Shown: positions 1 through 9,181 of the stretch, one piece after another | Layout of the letters: the number at the start of each line of letters is the position of its first letter | Position numbering within the stretch: position 1 is the stretch's first letter | Origin: a virus | Lineage: Duplodnaviria; Caudoviricetes | Direction: 5' to 3' (one strand) | Virus record (IMG/VR): IMGVR_UViG_3300049790_000015 | Span: 1-61,221 of that record | DNA length: 61,221 nt | The notes under the pieces: model-generated | Seen by the model: only the letters and a program-made list of their open reading frames with translations | The model's database searches: none | What the model was told of the DNA's origin: nothing | Program-made: the position numbers and the translations under genes

Positions 1-33
1 CTCGCGGGGGGTGGGGACCCGCCCCCCCCCCCC
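1..33. repeat. Terminal overlap with 61194-61221 (circular assembly junction)
   Basis: ctcgcgggg..ggggacccgccccccccc occurs at both ends and differs only around the G/C homopolymer runs. The promoter at 34-72 (-) reads across the junction into the RBS/ATG at 61183. Confidence 0.8.
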
Positions 34-72
34 GTTACTTCAATTAAACCATGCGTTTGCCTGGGAGTCAAG
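34..72 (-). promoter_or_regulatory. Conserved phage promoter (family A), drives gene 61016-61183 across the junction
   Basis: Minus strand TTGACT-N17-(TGG)TTTAAT. Confidence 0.8.
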
Positions 73-113
73 GGACGGGAGCCGCCTCGCGGCGACCCCC
101 GCCCCCTCCGGGT

Positions 114-266
114 CTAGTACCGGCCGGTCGCGTACGCCACGATCGCGTAGGTGGACGCGAACGCCCAGAACACAAACCACGGCGACGTCCACCAGGCCAG
201 GACCACCCGGGTCCAGAACGCGCGACGCGCCTCGCGGCGCCTCGCCTTCCGGCTCCCGTTCCGCAT
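114..266 (-). CDS. Small membrane protein, 50 aa (not in ORF track)
   Basis: Manual translation MRNGSRKARRREARRAFWTRVVLAWWTSPWFVFWAFASTYAIVAYATGRY; GAGAGGAG RBS; own promoter. Confidence 0.75.
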   Translation of the reverse strand: MRNGSRKARRREARRAFWTRVVLAWWTSPWFVFWAFASTYAIVAYATGRY

Positions 267-302
267 TTTGTCTCTCCTCTCCGAGGGAGCCCCCGCCCCC
301 TG

Positions 303-341
303 CTATACTTCTATTTTATCACGTCCGTGCCTCGCGGTCAA
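303..341 (-). promoter_or_regulatory. Family A promoter
   Basis: TTGACC-gcgaGGCACGGacgtga-TAAAAT. Confidence 0.8.
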
Positions 342-374
342 AACAACGCGTCACCACGCAGACCCCAAACACGC

Positions 375-424
375 CACTGCCGGACCACCCCGCCTCGGCT
401 CGCGGGCAGGATGGTTCGGCAGTG
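375..424. repeat. Inverted pair of family B ~19-bp repeat
   Basis: cactgccggaccaccccgc ... gcaggatggttcggcagtg. Confidence 0.8.
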
Positions 425-433
425 TCGGTTCGG

Positions 434-757
434 TCAGCGGTCGCTGTGCTGGCCCGGTCGCGGAACATCGTGGACGTCAGCTGCGCGAGCGAGCCGCCTC
501 GTCACTTTGCGCGCGTCAAGCCACGCCCGGTTTGCGACCGTGCCGAGGTGGCGAGCCGCCCAGCCAGGCATGCCGTGGTCGTGTACGCGAATCTCGATCG
601 CGTGGCCGTCCAACTCCGCCTCGATCTTCCAGGTCCGCGCGTCCTCGCGGACGAGCCGCTCAACGGTCGCTCCCGGAACGTAGAGCGCGATCGCGGACGT
701 GACCTCGGCTGCGATCAGGTCGTTACCGCTGGGATCGTGCTTCTGTAGGTGCACCAT
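434..757 (-). CDS. Hypothetical protein, 107 aa
   Basis: MVHLQKHDP... start preceded by GGAGG. Confidence 0.7.
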   Translation of the reverse strand: MVHLQKHDPSGNDLIAAEVTSAIALYVPGATVERLVREDARTWKIEAELDGHAIEIRVHDHGMPGWAARHLGTVANRAWLDARKVTRRLARAADVHDVPRPGQHSDR

Positions 758-819
758 GCTGCCTCCTGTCGTGGGGGCCGACCCCCCGCCCGTGGGGGCG
801 GGGAGCCGGCCGGTTGGGT

Positions 820-942
820 TTACGGCAGCTTCTCGCATTCCGCGCAGCGACCGCGCTTGCTCAGTCCCGAGCCGTCCAGGACGGCGAGTCCGCACACGGA
901 GCAGAACGCCTCCGCGAGCCGGATCAGGAACCGAGTAACCAT
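820..942 (-). CDS. Small zinc-ribbon protein, 40 aa (not in ORF track)
   Basis: MVTRFLIRLAEAFCSVCGLAVLDGSGLSKRGRCAECEKLP; two CxxC motifs; GAGAGGAG RBS; promoter at 981-1019. Confidence 0.75.
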   Translation of the reverse strand: MVTRFLIRLAEAFCSVCGLAVLDGSGLSKRGRCAECEKLP

Positions 943-980
943 GTGGTCTCCTCTCGTCTGGGCAGAGCCTCCGCCCTGCC

Positions 981-1019
981 TGTATCTCTATTAAACCATA
1001 CGCGTGCCGCCCAGTCAAG
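981..1019 (-). promoter_or_regulatory. Family A promoter
   Basis: TTGACT-gggcGGCACGcgtatgg-TTTAAT. Confidence 0.8.
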
Positions 1020-1081
1020 CCCGACCTCAAACACGGCGACGCCCCCCGCCGTTTCCGGACAGGGGGCGCCTTCCGGCTCGG

Positions 1082-1342
1082 TCAGCCGGCCGTCGCCGCG
1101 AGACCGGCCGCCATCGACGCGCCGATCTGCGCCACGGCCGAGATCGCCCAGGCGTTCTGCTCGTCGCCAGGTCCGGCGAGGTCCACGGCGCGCTGGATGA
1201 TGGTGACCATCGCGTCCTTGACGGCGGGGTCGAGGAACACGGCCGCCTGGTATCCGGTCAGGTCCGCCTCGACGTTCCCGGTCGGGTTGCCGTCAGCCCA
1301 GTCTCGGGCGAGCTGGCCAATGCGCTCGTCGATGAACTGCAT
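1082..1342 (-). CDS. Hypothetical protein, 86 aa
   Basis: MQFIDERIGQ...; GAGAGGA RBS; own promoter. Confidence 0.75.
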   Translation of the reverse strand: MQFIDERIGQLARDWADGNPTGNVEADLTGYQAAVFLDPAVKDAMVTIIQRAVDLAGPGDEQNAWAISAVAQIGASMAAGLAATAG

Positions 1343-1375
1343 GTGGTTTCCTCTCGTTGGGGCGCCCCTCGCGCC

Positions 1376-1415
1376 ATCTTCTCCATTAAAGCATCCCGCA
1401 CGCCCGGCAGTCAAG
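1376..1415 (-). promoter_or_regulatory. Family A promoter (left arm of divergent pair)
   Basis: TTGACT-N18-TTTAAT with TG extension. Confidence 0.75.
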
Positions 1416-1556
1416 CCCAACCCCCGGCTCGGCTCCGGTGTGCCGCTAGGGGAAGGAACGCGCCCGCACGCGTATCACGTCCCTCGTTTTCGGTCAAGCT
1501 CCCTGGCTCTCGGACCGATGTGACGCACACCACATAGGCAAACCCCAGCTCTCGGC

Positions 1557-1594
1557 TTGCCTCGTCGGCACGGCCATGGTTTAATAAAATTACA
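1557..1594 (+). promoter_or_regulatory. Family A promoter (right arm of divergent pair)
   Basis: TTGCCT-cgtcGGCACGGCCATGG-TTTAAT-aaaattac. Confidence 0.85.
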
Positions 1595-1632
1595 CCCGGG
1601 GCGGCCCGCCCCGGACACGAGAGGAGCCCGAA

Positions 1633-2277
1633 ATGGCCCGCTTCAACGCCACCAAGTACAACCCGGCGCACGACAGCTCGGTCGACACCGACGACCTGCG
1701 GACCCAGAGCGACGACGAGCCCGGTTACGATGGCGTCATCCTGGTGCAGGTCCGCGAGGGTGACACCGCCGAGACCGTCGGCCAGCTGATCCAGACCTGC
1801 GCGTGCGGCTGCCTGGCCGCCGTCCGCGAGGGCCGGACGTTCGTGCAGGGCCATGACCAGCGGCTGCGCGGCATCCTCACCCGGGCGCACCTGGCCGGTG
1901 TCGAGGTCACCCGGATGGACGGCTCGGCGATCACGTCCAGCGCGATGCAGTACGCGATCGAGCTGGACGCCGAGCGGACCGGCGGCAAGAGCTGGGCGGC
2001 TGGCCTCGGCACGGCAGGCGCCGCGCAGGCCGCGAAGGTGGCCGGCAAGCTGCAGGCCGACGCCGAGGCGAACACCCCCGCGATCGAGGCGGCCGTCACG
2101 GACGCTGTCGAGATCGCGGTCTCGGTGGAGCCGACCGGCTACCAGGCCGGTACCGTCAAGGTCGGCCGCTGGGTCTACCCGGCGCGCAACTGGGACGGTG
2201 GCGTCCTGGAGCGCAACGAGAAGCGTGACGGCAGCGGCGCGTGGGTCGAGACCACGGCGCAGTTCACCGCCGTCTGA
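1633..2277 (+). CDS. Hypothetical protein with CACGC...FVQGHD metal-binding-like motif
   Basis: 214 aa; GAGAGGAG RBS; high GC3. Confidence 0.8.
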   Translation: MARFNATKYNPAHDSSVDTDDLRTQSDDEPGYDGVILVQVREGDTAETVGQLIQTCACGCLAAVREGRTFVQGHDQRLRGILTRAHLAGVEVTRMDGSAITSSAMQYAIELDAERTGGKSWAAGLGTAGAAQAAKVAGKLQADAEANTPAIEAAVTDAVEIAVSVEPTGYQAGTVKVGRWVYPARNWDGGVLERNEKRDGSGAWVETTAQFTAV

Positions 2278-2422
2278 GCCCGACCCGCCGCACGAGACCC
2301 CGCCCCTCCGCGAGGAGGGTAGCGGGGTCTCGGCACGTCCGCCCCGACCGGACGCCCCACCGAGCCGCCTCGTTTTCATACATCTGTTGTGTGATTGTTG
2401 TGTTCCGGGCCCTCCGATCGGC

Positions 2423-2461
2423 TTGCGTCTTGCCCCTCCGGCATGGTTTAATTTTATTACA
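2423..2461 (+). promoter_or_regulatory. Family A promoter
   Basis: TTGCGT-N18(..ggcatgg)-TTTAAT. Confidence 0.75.
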
Positions 2462-2499
2462 GGGCCGGGGGGACCGGCCCACGCGAGAGGAGAACGAAA

Positions 2500-2685
2500 A
2501 TGGACACCACCCGCGCGCCCCACACCTGCATCGCGGACTGCGGCAACCACGTCAGCGTGGACGGCGACATCTGCTGGGACTGCGAGTTCGAGATCGACGC
2601 GACTGGCTACTGCGTCGTCCGGTTCGGCGCGGACGACCTCCCCCGCCTCGACGCGGATGGCTTCGTCATCACCGAGGAGAACTGA
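2500..2685 (+). CDS. Small Cys-rich acidic protein, 61 aa
   Basis: CxxxC...CxxC; GAGAGGAG RBS. Confidence 0.75.
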   Translation: MDTTRAPHTCIADCGNHVSVDGDICWDCEFEIDATGYCVVRFGADDLPRLDADGFVITEEN

Positions 2686-2737
2686 CCCACCCCACATCCC
2701 GACCCCCGCGCTCCCCGAGCCGGGGGTCGAGTTGTAT

Positions 2738-2775
2738 TTGACAGCCAGGCACGGGCATGGTTTAATAGAAGTATA
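2738..2775 (+). promoter_or_regulatory. Family A promoter
   Basis: TTGACA-gccaGGCACGGgcatgg-TTTAAT. Confidence 0.85.
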
Positions 2776-2813
2776 GCAGGGAGCCGGCTCCCTGCCCGAG
2801 AGAGGAGACCAAG

Positions 2814-2990
2814 ATGGAGAACCTCACCACCACCGAGCGGATGGCCCTCGCCGAGCTGGCTTCGAACGCGCTCTGGACCCACGACCCCGCCGAGGTCCCG
2901 GAGCTTGACGCAGCCCTCCGGACCGCGCTGCCGAAGCTGCGTGGCCAGGCCGCGACCCCCGAGGCCACGGCGGACGTCAAGCGCCGGTAG
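2814..2990 (+). CDS. Hypothetical protein, 58 aa (not in ORF track)
   Basis: MENLTTTERMALAELASNALWTHDPAEVPELDAALRTALPKLRGQAATPEATADVKRR; RBS, promoter and downstream hairpin. Confidence 0.75.
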   Translation: MENLTTTERMALAELASNALWTHDPAEVPELDAALRTALPKLRGQAATPEATADVKRR

Positions 2991-3069
2991 TTCCGCCTCG
3001 ACCCGCGACCCCCCGACCCGAAAGGGAAGGGGGGTCGCGCTATGTCCAGGCTCCGGTGCCGAAGCCCAC

Positions 3070-3107
3070 TTGCCTCCGTGGCACGGCCATGATTTAATGG
3101 AATTACA
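3070..3107 (+). promoter_or_regulatory. Family A promoter
   Basis: TTGCCT-ccgtGGCACGGCCATGa-TTTAAT. Confidence 0.85.
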
Positions 3108-3144
3108 GACGGACGCGAGGTCCGTCCCGCGAGAGGAGCAGAAC

Positions 3145-3837
3145 ATGGCGATCACCTTCCAGGCCGGGCGGAACACCAGCGACGCGCAAGCTGCCCTGAT
3201 GACCCGCCTCGTCAGCGAGAGCCCGAAGGTCGCAGCCCTGGTCGACACGATCGGCGAGAGCATGACCGAGGGCAAGACCCGCCCGATCCGGACCTGGACC
3301 CCCCGCGAGGTCCGCGCGCTGATCGACCTGATGATCGCCACGTCGAACACCGACCCGGCTCGGGTCGAGACCCGGATCACCCCGAACCGCTACGCCGGGG
3401 CCTGCGCGGACTGCAAGGGCAACGTCGAGGTCGAGGCCGGTCGGGTGCGCAAGGAGAACGGCCGCTGGGTCACGCGCCACCTCGACGGGCAGTGCCCCCC
3501 GAAGGCCACCCCGGTTGAGCCGGCCGCGCGGCTGCAGGGCAGCCCGGAGGGCTTCTGGACCCTGGACGGCCTGCACTTCAAGGTGCAGCTCGCCGTGCAC
3601 GGCAGCGGCCGTCCGTACGCGAAGGTCCTGGACGAGGACGGTACCTGGACCCGCGACGACCGGACCCGGGGCGTGCTGGCTCGGATCCAGGCCGGCGAGG
3701 CGACTCGGATGACCAAGGACGAGGCGGGCGCGCTTGGCCGGCTCTACGGCCGGTGCGTTGCCTGCTCCGCGACGCTCACCGACGAGACGTCGATCGAGGT
3801 CGGCATGGGTCCGATCTGCCGGGGCAAGTTCGCCTAA
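3145..3837 (+). CDS. DUF6011-like zinc-binding domain protein
   Basis: C-terminal RCVACSATLTDETSIEVGMGPIC motif; central CADC. Confidence 0.75.
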   Translation: MAITFQAGRNTSDAQAALMTRLVSESPKVAALVDTIGESMTEGKTRPIRTWTPREVRALIDLMIATSNTDPARVETRITPNRYAGACADCKGNVEVEAGRVRKENGRWVTRHLDGQCPPKATPVEPAARLQGSPEGFWTLDGLHFKVQLAVHGSGRPYAKVLDEDGTWTRDDRTRGVLARIQAGEATRMTKDEAGALGRLYGRCVACSATLTDETSIEVGMGPICRGKFA

Positions 3838-3851
3838 GCCGCAAGCCGGCT

Positions 3852-3900
3852 CACTGCCGGACCACCCGCCCCCGAGAGGGGAGCCGGGTGGTCCGGCAGT
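3852..3900. repeat. Inverted pair of family B repeat (hairpin after gene)
   Basis: cactgccggaccaccc ... gggtggtccggcagt. Confidence 0.8.
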
Positions 3901-4054
3901 TCCGTGTCCGGGGTGGGGTCGTCGCGGGGTCTCCTGTCCACGGGGAGACACGAGAGCCCGCCTCCGGGCCGTGAGTGCCCGAGCCGGCTCCGAGGCAGCG
4001 GGAGACCCCACGGAGCCCCGTCGCCGGTTTTGTGCGTTCGTTGGGTTGTGAGGC

Positions 4055-4092
4055 TTGTCTTTCGGGCACGGGCATGGTTTACTGGTTTCAGA
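4055..4092 (+). promoter_or_regulatory. Family A promoter
   Basis: TTGTCT-ttcgGGCACGGgcatgg-TTTACT. Confidence 0.75.
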
Positions 4093-4134
4093 CGGGCGGA
4101 CAAGCCGCCCTAAGCCCGGAAGGGGGCGGTTCAA

Positions 4135-4356
4135 ATGGAGAAGCTGGACCTGGAGGTCGTGACCCAGCTCCGCGACGGCGGCTCGATCGTGGAGCCGATG
4201 AGCGCGGTTCCGGACCCGATCTGCCTGGAGGCGCTGTTGCACCTGCGGCGCCAGTTCGGCACGCCGAGCCTGCCGGACCCGAGCCTGGCTTGGGCGATGA
4301 CCGTCCGGTACGCCGGAGTCCCGGCTGGCGACCCGATCGCGGCGATCGTCTTCTAG
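4135..4356 (+). CDS. Hypothetical protein, 73 aa
   Basis: ORF directly after promoter; high GC3. Confidence 0.65.
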   Translation: MEKLDLEVVTQLRDGGSIVEPMSAVPDPICLEALLHLRRQFGTPSLPDPSLAWAMTVRYAGVPAGDPIAAIVF

Positions 4357-4439
4357 AACCGCCCCCGTGAGCCCGCTTCCCGACCAGGGGGGTGGGCTCG
4401 CGGCTTGTTTGGGCGTTGTGCGAGCCGGCCGCCTCGGGC

Positions 4440-4477
4440 TTGCCAGGGCGACACGGCCATGGTTTAATAGAGGTACA
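4440..4477 (+). promoter_or_regulatory. Family A promoter
   Basis: TTGCCA-gggcgaCACGGCCATGG-TTTAAT. Confidence 0.85.
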
Positions 4478-4514
4478 GGGGCGGACGGGACCGCCCCCCA
4501 CGAGAGGAGCCAAA

Positions 4515-4859
4515 ATGGCCGAGACCACCGCCTCCGCGAAGTGCCGCCGTTGCGGGCGCAAGCTCACCTCGGCTGCGAGCGTGGCGCGGGGTCTCGGCCC
4601 GACCTGCGCGAAGGCGGTCAGCAAGACCGACCTCGGCCGGCTGGACCCGTGGCAGGCCGCGCGGGTCGCCGCGATCTTCCAGACCGGCGTGGTCGAGATC
4701 GTGAAGTATGGCAACACCCGGGTGGTCAAGGTGCAGGAAGCACCATACTTGACCGACTGGGCCGACCTCGACGAGTGCGGCTGCTCGGAATTCCGCCACG
4801 AGGGGGCGTGCCCGCACTTCGGCGTCGCCCAGATCGTCCTGGCGGGCCGCGCGGCCTGA
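4515..4859 (+). CDS. DUF6011-like plus SWIM-type zinc finger protein
   Basis: CRRCGRKLTSAASVARGLGPTC and CGC...CPH motifs. Confidence 0.75.
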   Translation: MAETTASAKCRRCGRKLTSAASVARGLGPTCAKAVSKTDLGRLDPWQAARVAAIFQTGVVEIVKYGNTRVVKVQEAPYLTDWADLDECGCSEFRHEGACPHFGVAQIVLAGRAA

Positions 4860-4926
4860 CCTGCAAGACCCCCCGCAACACCCCCGGGGGGCGGCTGGAC
4901 GGCCGCCCCCCTGCGAAGGAGGAGCG

Positions 4927-5379
4927 ATGACGCTCGACCCCACCGCCGCCCCCGTGCCGGTGACCTCGACCGAGGACCAGCCTCGCCCGTCGTGGATGCC
5001 CGCGCCGCTCGGCGACACCATCCGGGTTCGCACGTCCGGCTGGTCCGGTGAGCAGGTGCACGAGTACCCACAGGCCGTGGCCGCGTTCAGCGACCACCTG
5101 GCCACGGGCGGGTTGGTGGTCTCGCTGTTCGCCGCGATGCGGGAGACCGCCGAGGCGGCTCGCGAGAACCGCCCCGGCTCGTTCGACACGGCCGGCTGGT
5201 CCACGCTCGGATACTGGGTGACCATGGACGACAGCGGCCTGGTCTACGCGATCGAGATCAACCGGAACGGCGACCGCCGGATCTTGGGCGCGAGCCCGGA
5301 GCGCTGGGTCCGCGCCGAGTACCACGCGAGCGGCTACGACGACCCGAAGCCGGGCGAGGTCCGGCGGGTCCGGCTCTAA
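4927..5379 (+). CDS. Hypothetical protein, 150 aa
   Basis: AGGAGG RBS; high GC3. Confidence 0.7.
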   Translation: MTLDPTAAPVPVTSTEDQPRPSWMPAPLGDTIRVRTSGWSGEQVHEYPQAVAAFSDHLATGGLVVSLFAAMRETAEAARENRPGSFDTAGWSTLGYWVTMDDSGLVYAIEINRNGDRRILGASPERWVRAEYHASGYDDPKPGEVRRVRL

Positions 5380-5446
5380 CACCGACCTCAACCCGCGAGG
5401 CGGCTCCGGAGCCACGGGAGCCGCCTCGCTGACCGAAGGAGAGAAC

Positions 5447-5689
5447 ATGCAGCAAATCCCCCGCATTCCGGTCTGGCCCGTGTGGTTCCAGTGCCGGCTG
5501 TCCCGAGTCCGCCCGGTGGTCAAGCCAGTTGACATTACCGATGTCGACATGTACGGCCGGACGCTGATCGTCTGGTCGAATCGGCTCCACGTCAACGTCC
5601 GCATCCCGTTCTGGGTCCGGACCTCGACGATGCGCACCTGGGTCGGCCTGTGGAAGGTCGGGCAGGAGGAGACCGGCCCGCTGGCCTGA
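5447..5689 (+). CDS. Hypothetical Trp/Arg-rich protein, 80 aa
   Basis: AAGGAG RBS. Confidence 0.65.
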   Translation: MQQIPRIPVWPVWFQCRLSRVRPVVKPVDITDVDMYGRTLIVWSNRLHVNVRIPFWVRTSTMRTWVGLWKVGQEETGPLA

Positions 5690-5731
5690 AACAACGCTAA
5701 CACAACGCACGCTCCGTGCCCCCGGGGGGAT

Positions 5732-5769
5732 TTGCCTCGGGGGCACGGCCATGGTTTAATAAAATTACC
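5732..5769 (+). promoter_or_regulatory. Family A promoter
   Basis: TTGCCT-cgggGGCACGGCCATGG-TTTAAT. Confidence 0.85.
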
Positions 5770-5807
5770 GGAGCGCGAGGGGCGCTCCCCCCGAGAGGAG
5801 AAGCAAA

Positions 5808-6068
5808 ATGACCGGAATTTTCACCCTCCGCCTTTCCCACCCGATCAGCACCGGCAACGGCGAGTTCCTCGACGTCGCGCTGACCGAGCACCCCCACGAT
5901 GTCCTGGTCGCGCGTGGCTTCGTCCCCGAGCCCTACGGGGACGAGGACGACGACCGCATCTCGATCGTCAACTACCGCGACGCGCAGGGCCGTGACGCGG
6001 AGGTCACCGAGTGGTACACCGAGCCCAGCGACTTCGCGCCGATCAGCCTGGCGCAGATCGCGGGCTGA
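5808..6068 (+). CDS. Acidic hypothetical protein, 86 aa
   Basis: GAGAGGAG RBS; own promoter. Confidence 0.75.
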   Translation: MTGIFTLRLSHPISTGNGEFLDVALTEHPHDVLVARGFVPEPYGDEDDDRISIVNYRDAQGRDAEVTEWYTEPSDFAPISLAQIAG

Positions 6069-6141
6069 CCCCCCTCGACACGCCCCCTCCCGCCTCGCGG
6101 GCAGGGGGCGTTGTCGTGTCCAGGCTCGTTTCGGGTCGAGC

Positions 6142-6179
6142 TTGACGCGCAGGCACGGCTATGGTTTAATGGAATTACC
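6142..6179 (+). promoter_or_regulatory. Family A promoter
   Basis: TTGACG-cgcaGGCACGGctATGG-TTTAAT. Confidence 0.85.
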
Positions 6180-6216
6180 GCAGGGGACAAGCCCCCTGCC
6201 GCGAGAGGAGCCCAAA

Positions 6217-6453
6217 ATGCAGGACATGACCAGCGCCATCGAGGTCCGCATCACCGAGCAGGGCCACGACGTGCTGGACCTGGCCGACGCGGACCGCGCG
6301 CTCACCGCGATCGCCGAGACCTGGACCATCGAGATGAAGATCGGCGACGGCTCGTGGCTCGTCACCCTCCCGACCTCGCTCTGGACCGAGGTGCAGGAAC
6401 TGGGCGGGGTCGTCCTGCAGGCTGGTCAGTACCAGGTCGAGATCCCGGTCTGA
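6217..6453 (+). CDS. Hypothetical protein, 78 aa; probable paralogue of 60265-60537
   Basis: MQD start and WLVTLPTS motif shared with 60265-60537 (WLVELPTS). Confidence 0.75.
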   Translation: MQDMTSAIEVRITEQGHDVLDLADADRALTAIAETWTIEMKIGDGSWLVTLPTSLWTEVQELGGVVLQAGQYQVEIPV

Positions 6454-6518
6454 ACACGACAGGAGCCCGCCCCCGGTCACCCCGGGAGGCGGGCTCCAGC
6501 GTTCCTGCTCCTTGACAA

Positions 6519-8360
6519 CTACACTGCCGGACCACCCTGCGAGCCGGCTCCGGCCTGGGCGGGAATCGGGATCTCCGGCCCGTCGTCCTCCGGAAGCGGC
6601 AGCGGGTCGGTCTCGCCCGGCTCGGCGACCTCGCCATCGAGGTACGACCGACGACGTCGACCGACCAGCCGAGCCGCCTTGCCCAGCCAGCGGCGCCCTG
6701 GGTCGGTGAACTCCGGCGGGTCGTCCTCGTCGATCGAAGGCAGCGCGTCCGGGTCGGCCACGACCCCCCGCTGGATCAGGTCGTCCAGCAGGACACCCCG
6801 GGCGATCAGGTCGATAGTGTCGTCCGGGACATATGCCCCACGGAATCGGGCATATCCCCTGCTGCCGGCATAGTACCGGTACCCTACCCCCGGCATATCC
6901 TCCGCGATCTCATGGCACAGGGCGCCCTGCGCGGACGCACCCGAGCCGAGAACCGCGTCGGTCAGCTCGCGGCTGCGCAGCGCCAGCCCCACCCGCTGTG
7001 GGAACAGGTCCCGGATCTCCCCCAGGGTCTCCTTCTGGGATAGCTGGGAGCAGGCCCAAATGAAGAACGCGGCCTTACGCCCAACCGCGAGGATCTCCCC
7101 CATGGGAGAATCGATGCCCTTCTTCAACATCGACTTCAGCAGGAGAAGCTCGTCGATCACCGTCAGGTCCAGCGGCTCCGCCCGGGTCGGATGGTGCTTC
7201 CTGGTCTTGGACGACATCGACCGCAGCCGAGCGTCCATCGCCGTGTGCTGCTCCTCGACTATCCCCGCCGCCCCGGACGGCCGGTCCGTGTACGCATGCA
7301 CATGGAACAGCGGCCGATCCTGCCGCAGGCAGCTCAAGCAGATCCGCACCGGGTTCTCATCTCCGGCCGCCTTCTGCACAGCCGACGGGATCCCGCCGAC
7401 CGGCTGCGCGACCTCGATCACCCGACGCAGCCCGCCCCGGTACGGGAAGACAAGCTCGCCGTCCGGCTTGTCCCCCTCCTGACCGAGCACCGTCCACACC
7501 CACGAGCCCGCCTCGCGAAGCTGCGCCAGCTCGACCCCGCCCGCCGGATCGATCACCCGGAGCCGGGTCGGAACCCGCGCGAGCTGCAACCCCGCGAGCC
7601 CAGCCCAGATCAGGTACGACTTCCCCGAACCGGTCTCGCCGGCCGCCAGCAGCGACCTCCGGTAATTCGCCTCTGCTGGCCGACCTCGGTCGGTCAACCC
7701 GACCGTGATCATCGGCGAACTCGGCCCACCTCGCTCACCCGGCGCGACCTCGCGGAGCTGCGCCGGGGGGTGGTCCGCCAGCAGCTTGTCCAGCTCGACC
7801 ACCGTCGCCAGCTCATCCACCCACTCGAACGTCACCAGCGCTTCGGACGGTAGCGAGCCCGCCACTCCGCGTATGTGGCGCATCCTCATCGACGAAATCA
7901 GCTTCGGCAGCGCGCCGCTAAGGTCAGCCAGAGTCAGGCCGCAACCGCCGAGGTCGACAACGCCGATGACGTTCGGGCCGTCTGCGCGGACCGCGACCAA
8001 GTGCGGCTCGGCGTGCGTGTTGCGATCAAGCAGCCTGGCGTGGGCGCAACCGCGCGGCCAACGTCGCCGTACCTTGCGCACTCTTGACCACGCTGTTATA
8101 CTGGCGCGGAGGCCCGCCACTCGGGACGAGTGGCGGTACACCCACCAGATGGCGAAGGCGGTCTTGACCGCCAAAGGCACGAACGCGCAGACCAGCGCGA
8201 GCGGCCACACGCCGCAGGCGTGCTGGACGTACAACGCGAACGCGAGCCCGCAACTCAGCAGCGGATGCCGCCAGCAGAACGCGCCGAACCGCCACAGGAC
8301 GGCGCCGAGCGTCCGCAGGTCAGCGAACGTAACGCCGCTGGACGCTCCTTTCTTACCCAC
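6519..8360 (-). CDS. ftsK: FtsK/SpoIIIE (TraB-like) DNA translocase
   Basis: N-terminal TM segments; Walker A AGETGSGKS; Walker B TVIDE; GRKAA..SQ; C-terminal PGVGY..ARFRGAYVPDD as in actinomycete plasmid FtsKs. Confidence 0.85.
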   Translation of the reverse strand: MGKKGASSGVTFADLRTLGAVLWRFGAFCWRHPLLSCGLAFALYVQHACGVWPLALVCAFVPLAVKTAFAIWWVYRHSSRVAGLRASITAWSRVRKVRRRWPRGCAHARLLDRNTHAEPHLVAVRADGPNVIGVVDLGGCGLTLADLSGALPKLISSMRMRHIRGVAGSLPSEALVTFEWVDELATVVELDKLLADHPPAQLREVAPGERGGPSSPMITVGLTDRGRPAEANYRRSLLAAGETGSGKSYLIWAGLAGLQLARVPTRLRVIDPAGGVELAQLREAGSWVWTVLGQEGDKPDGELVFPYRGGLRRVIEVAQPVGGIPSAVQKAAGDENPVRICLSCLRQDRPLFHVHAYTDRPSGAAGIVEEQHTAMDARLRSMSSKTRKHHPTRAEPLDLTVIDELLLLKSMLKKGIDSPMGEILAVGRKAAFFIWACSQLSQKETLGEIRDLFPQRVGLALRSRELTDAVLGSGASAQGALCHEIAEDMPGVGYRYYAGSRGYARFRGAYVPDDTIDLIARGVLLDDLIQRGVVADPDALPSIDEDDPPEFTDPGRRWLGKAARLVGRRRRSYLDGEVAEPGETDPLPLPEDDGPEIPIPAQAGAGSQGGPAV

Positions 8361-9111
8361 CGGACCCGCCTCCGTCCTTGTAGAAATGGAAACCGGCCGG
8401 TCCCCACTCGCCCACCTTTACCGGCTTCCAGTGCGGGTGTTCCCGCCTGGCGTCAAGCCAAATCCCCCCTTGCCTGGTAAACCGCACCTGGTGCGGCAAC
8501 ACCGGGTCTTTGTTCTTCGCTGTCCGCCGGAGGATCGTCCCCCGGATGGCGTCCGCGTCGGGCGGCTCGAACTGCGACTGCGGCTTAGTCGCCGTCCTCC
8601 GCACGCCAGCCGCCTCGGCTCCGGCCTTCCCCGCGCCCGTCCCGCGTCCCTTGGTCGAGGCAACCACGGTCTCGCCGAGCGGCCGGCTCGCCTTCACCCC
8701 GGGCGGTCGACGTCCCGAGCCAGAACCCCCGCGCCCCCAGGTCGGCTTCTTCGCCGAGCTGGCACGGTTCAGGCCGATTGCGCCCGTGGATAGGAGGACG
8801 GCCACCAGACCCAGCCCGAGACCCAGCCCACGGAGCATGAGCCAGACCACCAGCTCTCCCACGCCCAGTGCGACCACCAACGCGGTCTTTTTCTTCGACC
8901 AGCGGTTGCGACCCCGCGAGGAGGGCCGTTTCCCCTTCGCGGGACGCCCGGTCGCATGCCGGGTTGCCCTACTCAGGGAGAATACCCCCCTACCCCAGGC
9001 GCCCCCCGGTCCGCCATAGGTCACCTGCTTGGTGTGCTGCCGGATCTGGACGACCCTACCCCCGCGCCGCTGGGCATATGCCCCTACCCCAATGCGCCGT
9101 TGTCCCGGCAT
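8353..9111 (-). CDS. Basic membrane protein
   Basis: Arg/Lys-rich with two hydrophobic segments; overlaps the ftsK start. Confidence 0.65.
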   Translation of the reverse strand: MPGQRRIGVGAYAQRRGGRVVQIRQHTKQVTYGGPGGAWGRGVFSLSRATRHATGRPAKGKRPSSRGRNRWSKKKTALVVALGVGELVVWLMLRGLGLGLGLVAVLLSTGAIGLNRASSAKKPTWGRGGSGSGRRPPGVKASRPLGETVVASTKGRGTGAGKAGAEAAGVRRTATKPQSQFEPPDADAIRGTILRRTAKNKDPVLPHQVRFTRQGGIWLDARREHPHWKPVKVGEWGPAGFHFYKDGGGSGG

Positions 9112-9181
9112 ATCCCATTCTCCTTTCTCCTCATGTCCCATGGGGGGACACGGGGGTGTGTCCGCTCGGCCCTACCCTGCC

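Noticed and set aside
1-33. Biological direct terminal repeat
   Set aside because: The overlap is very short, imperfect in homopolymers and splits a promoter from its gene. It is more likely an assembly overlap of a circularly permuted genome.
1468-1498. Additional minus-strand promoter TTGACC-N17-TACGCG
   Set aside because: Poor -10 element and no GGCACGG spacer; possible but unsupported.
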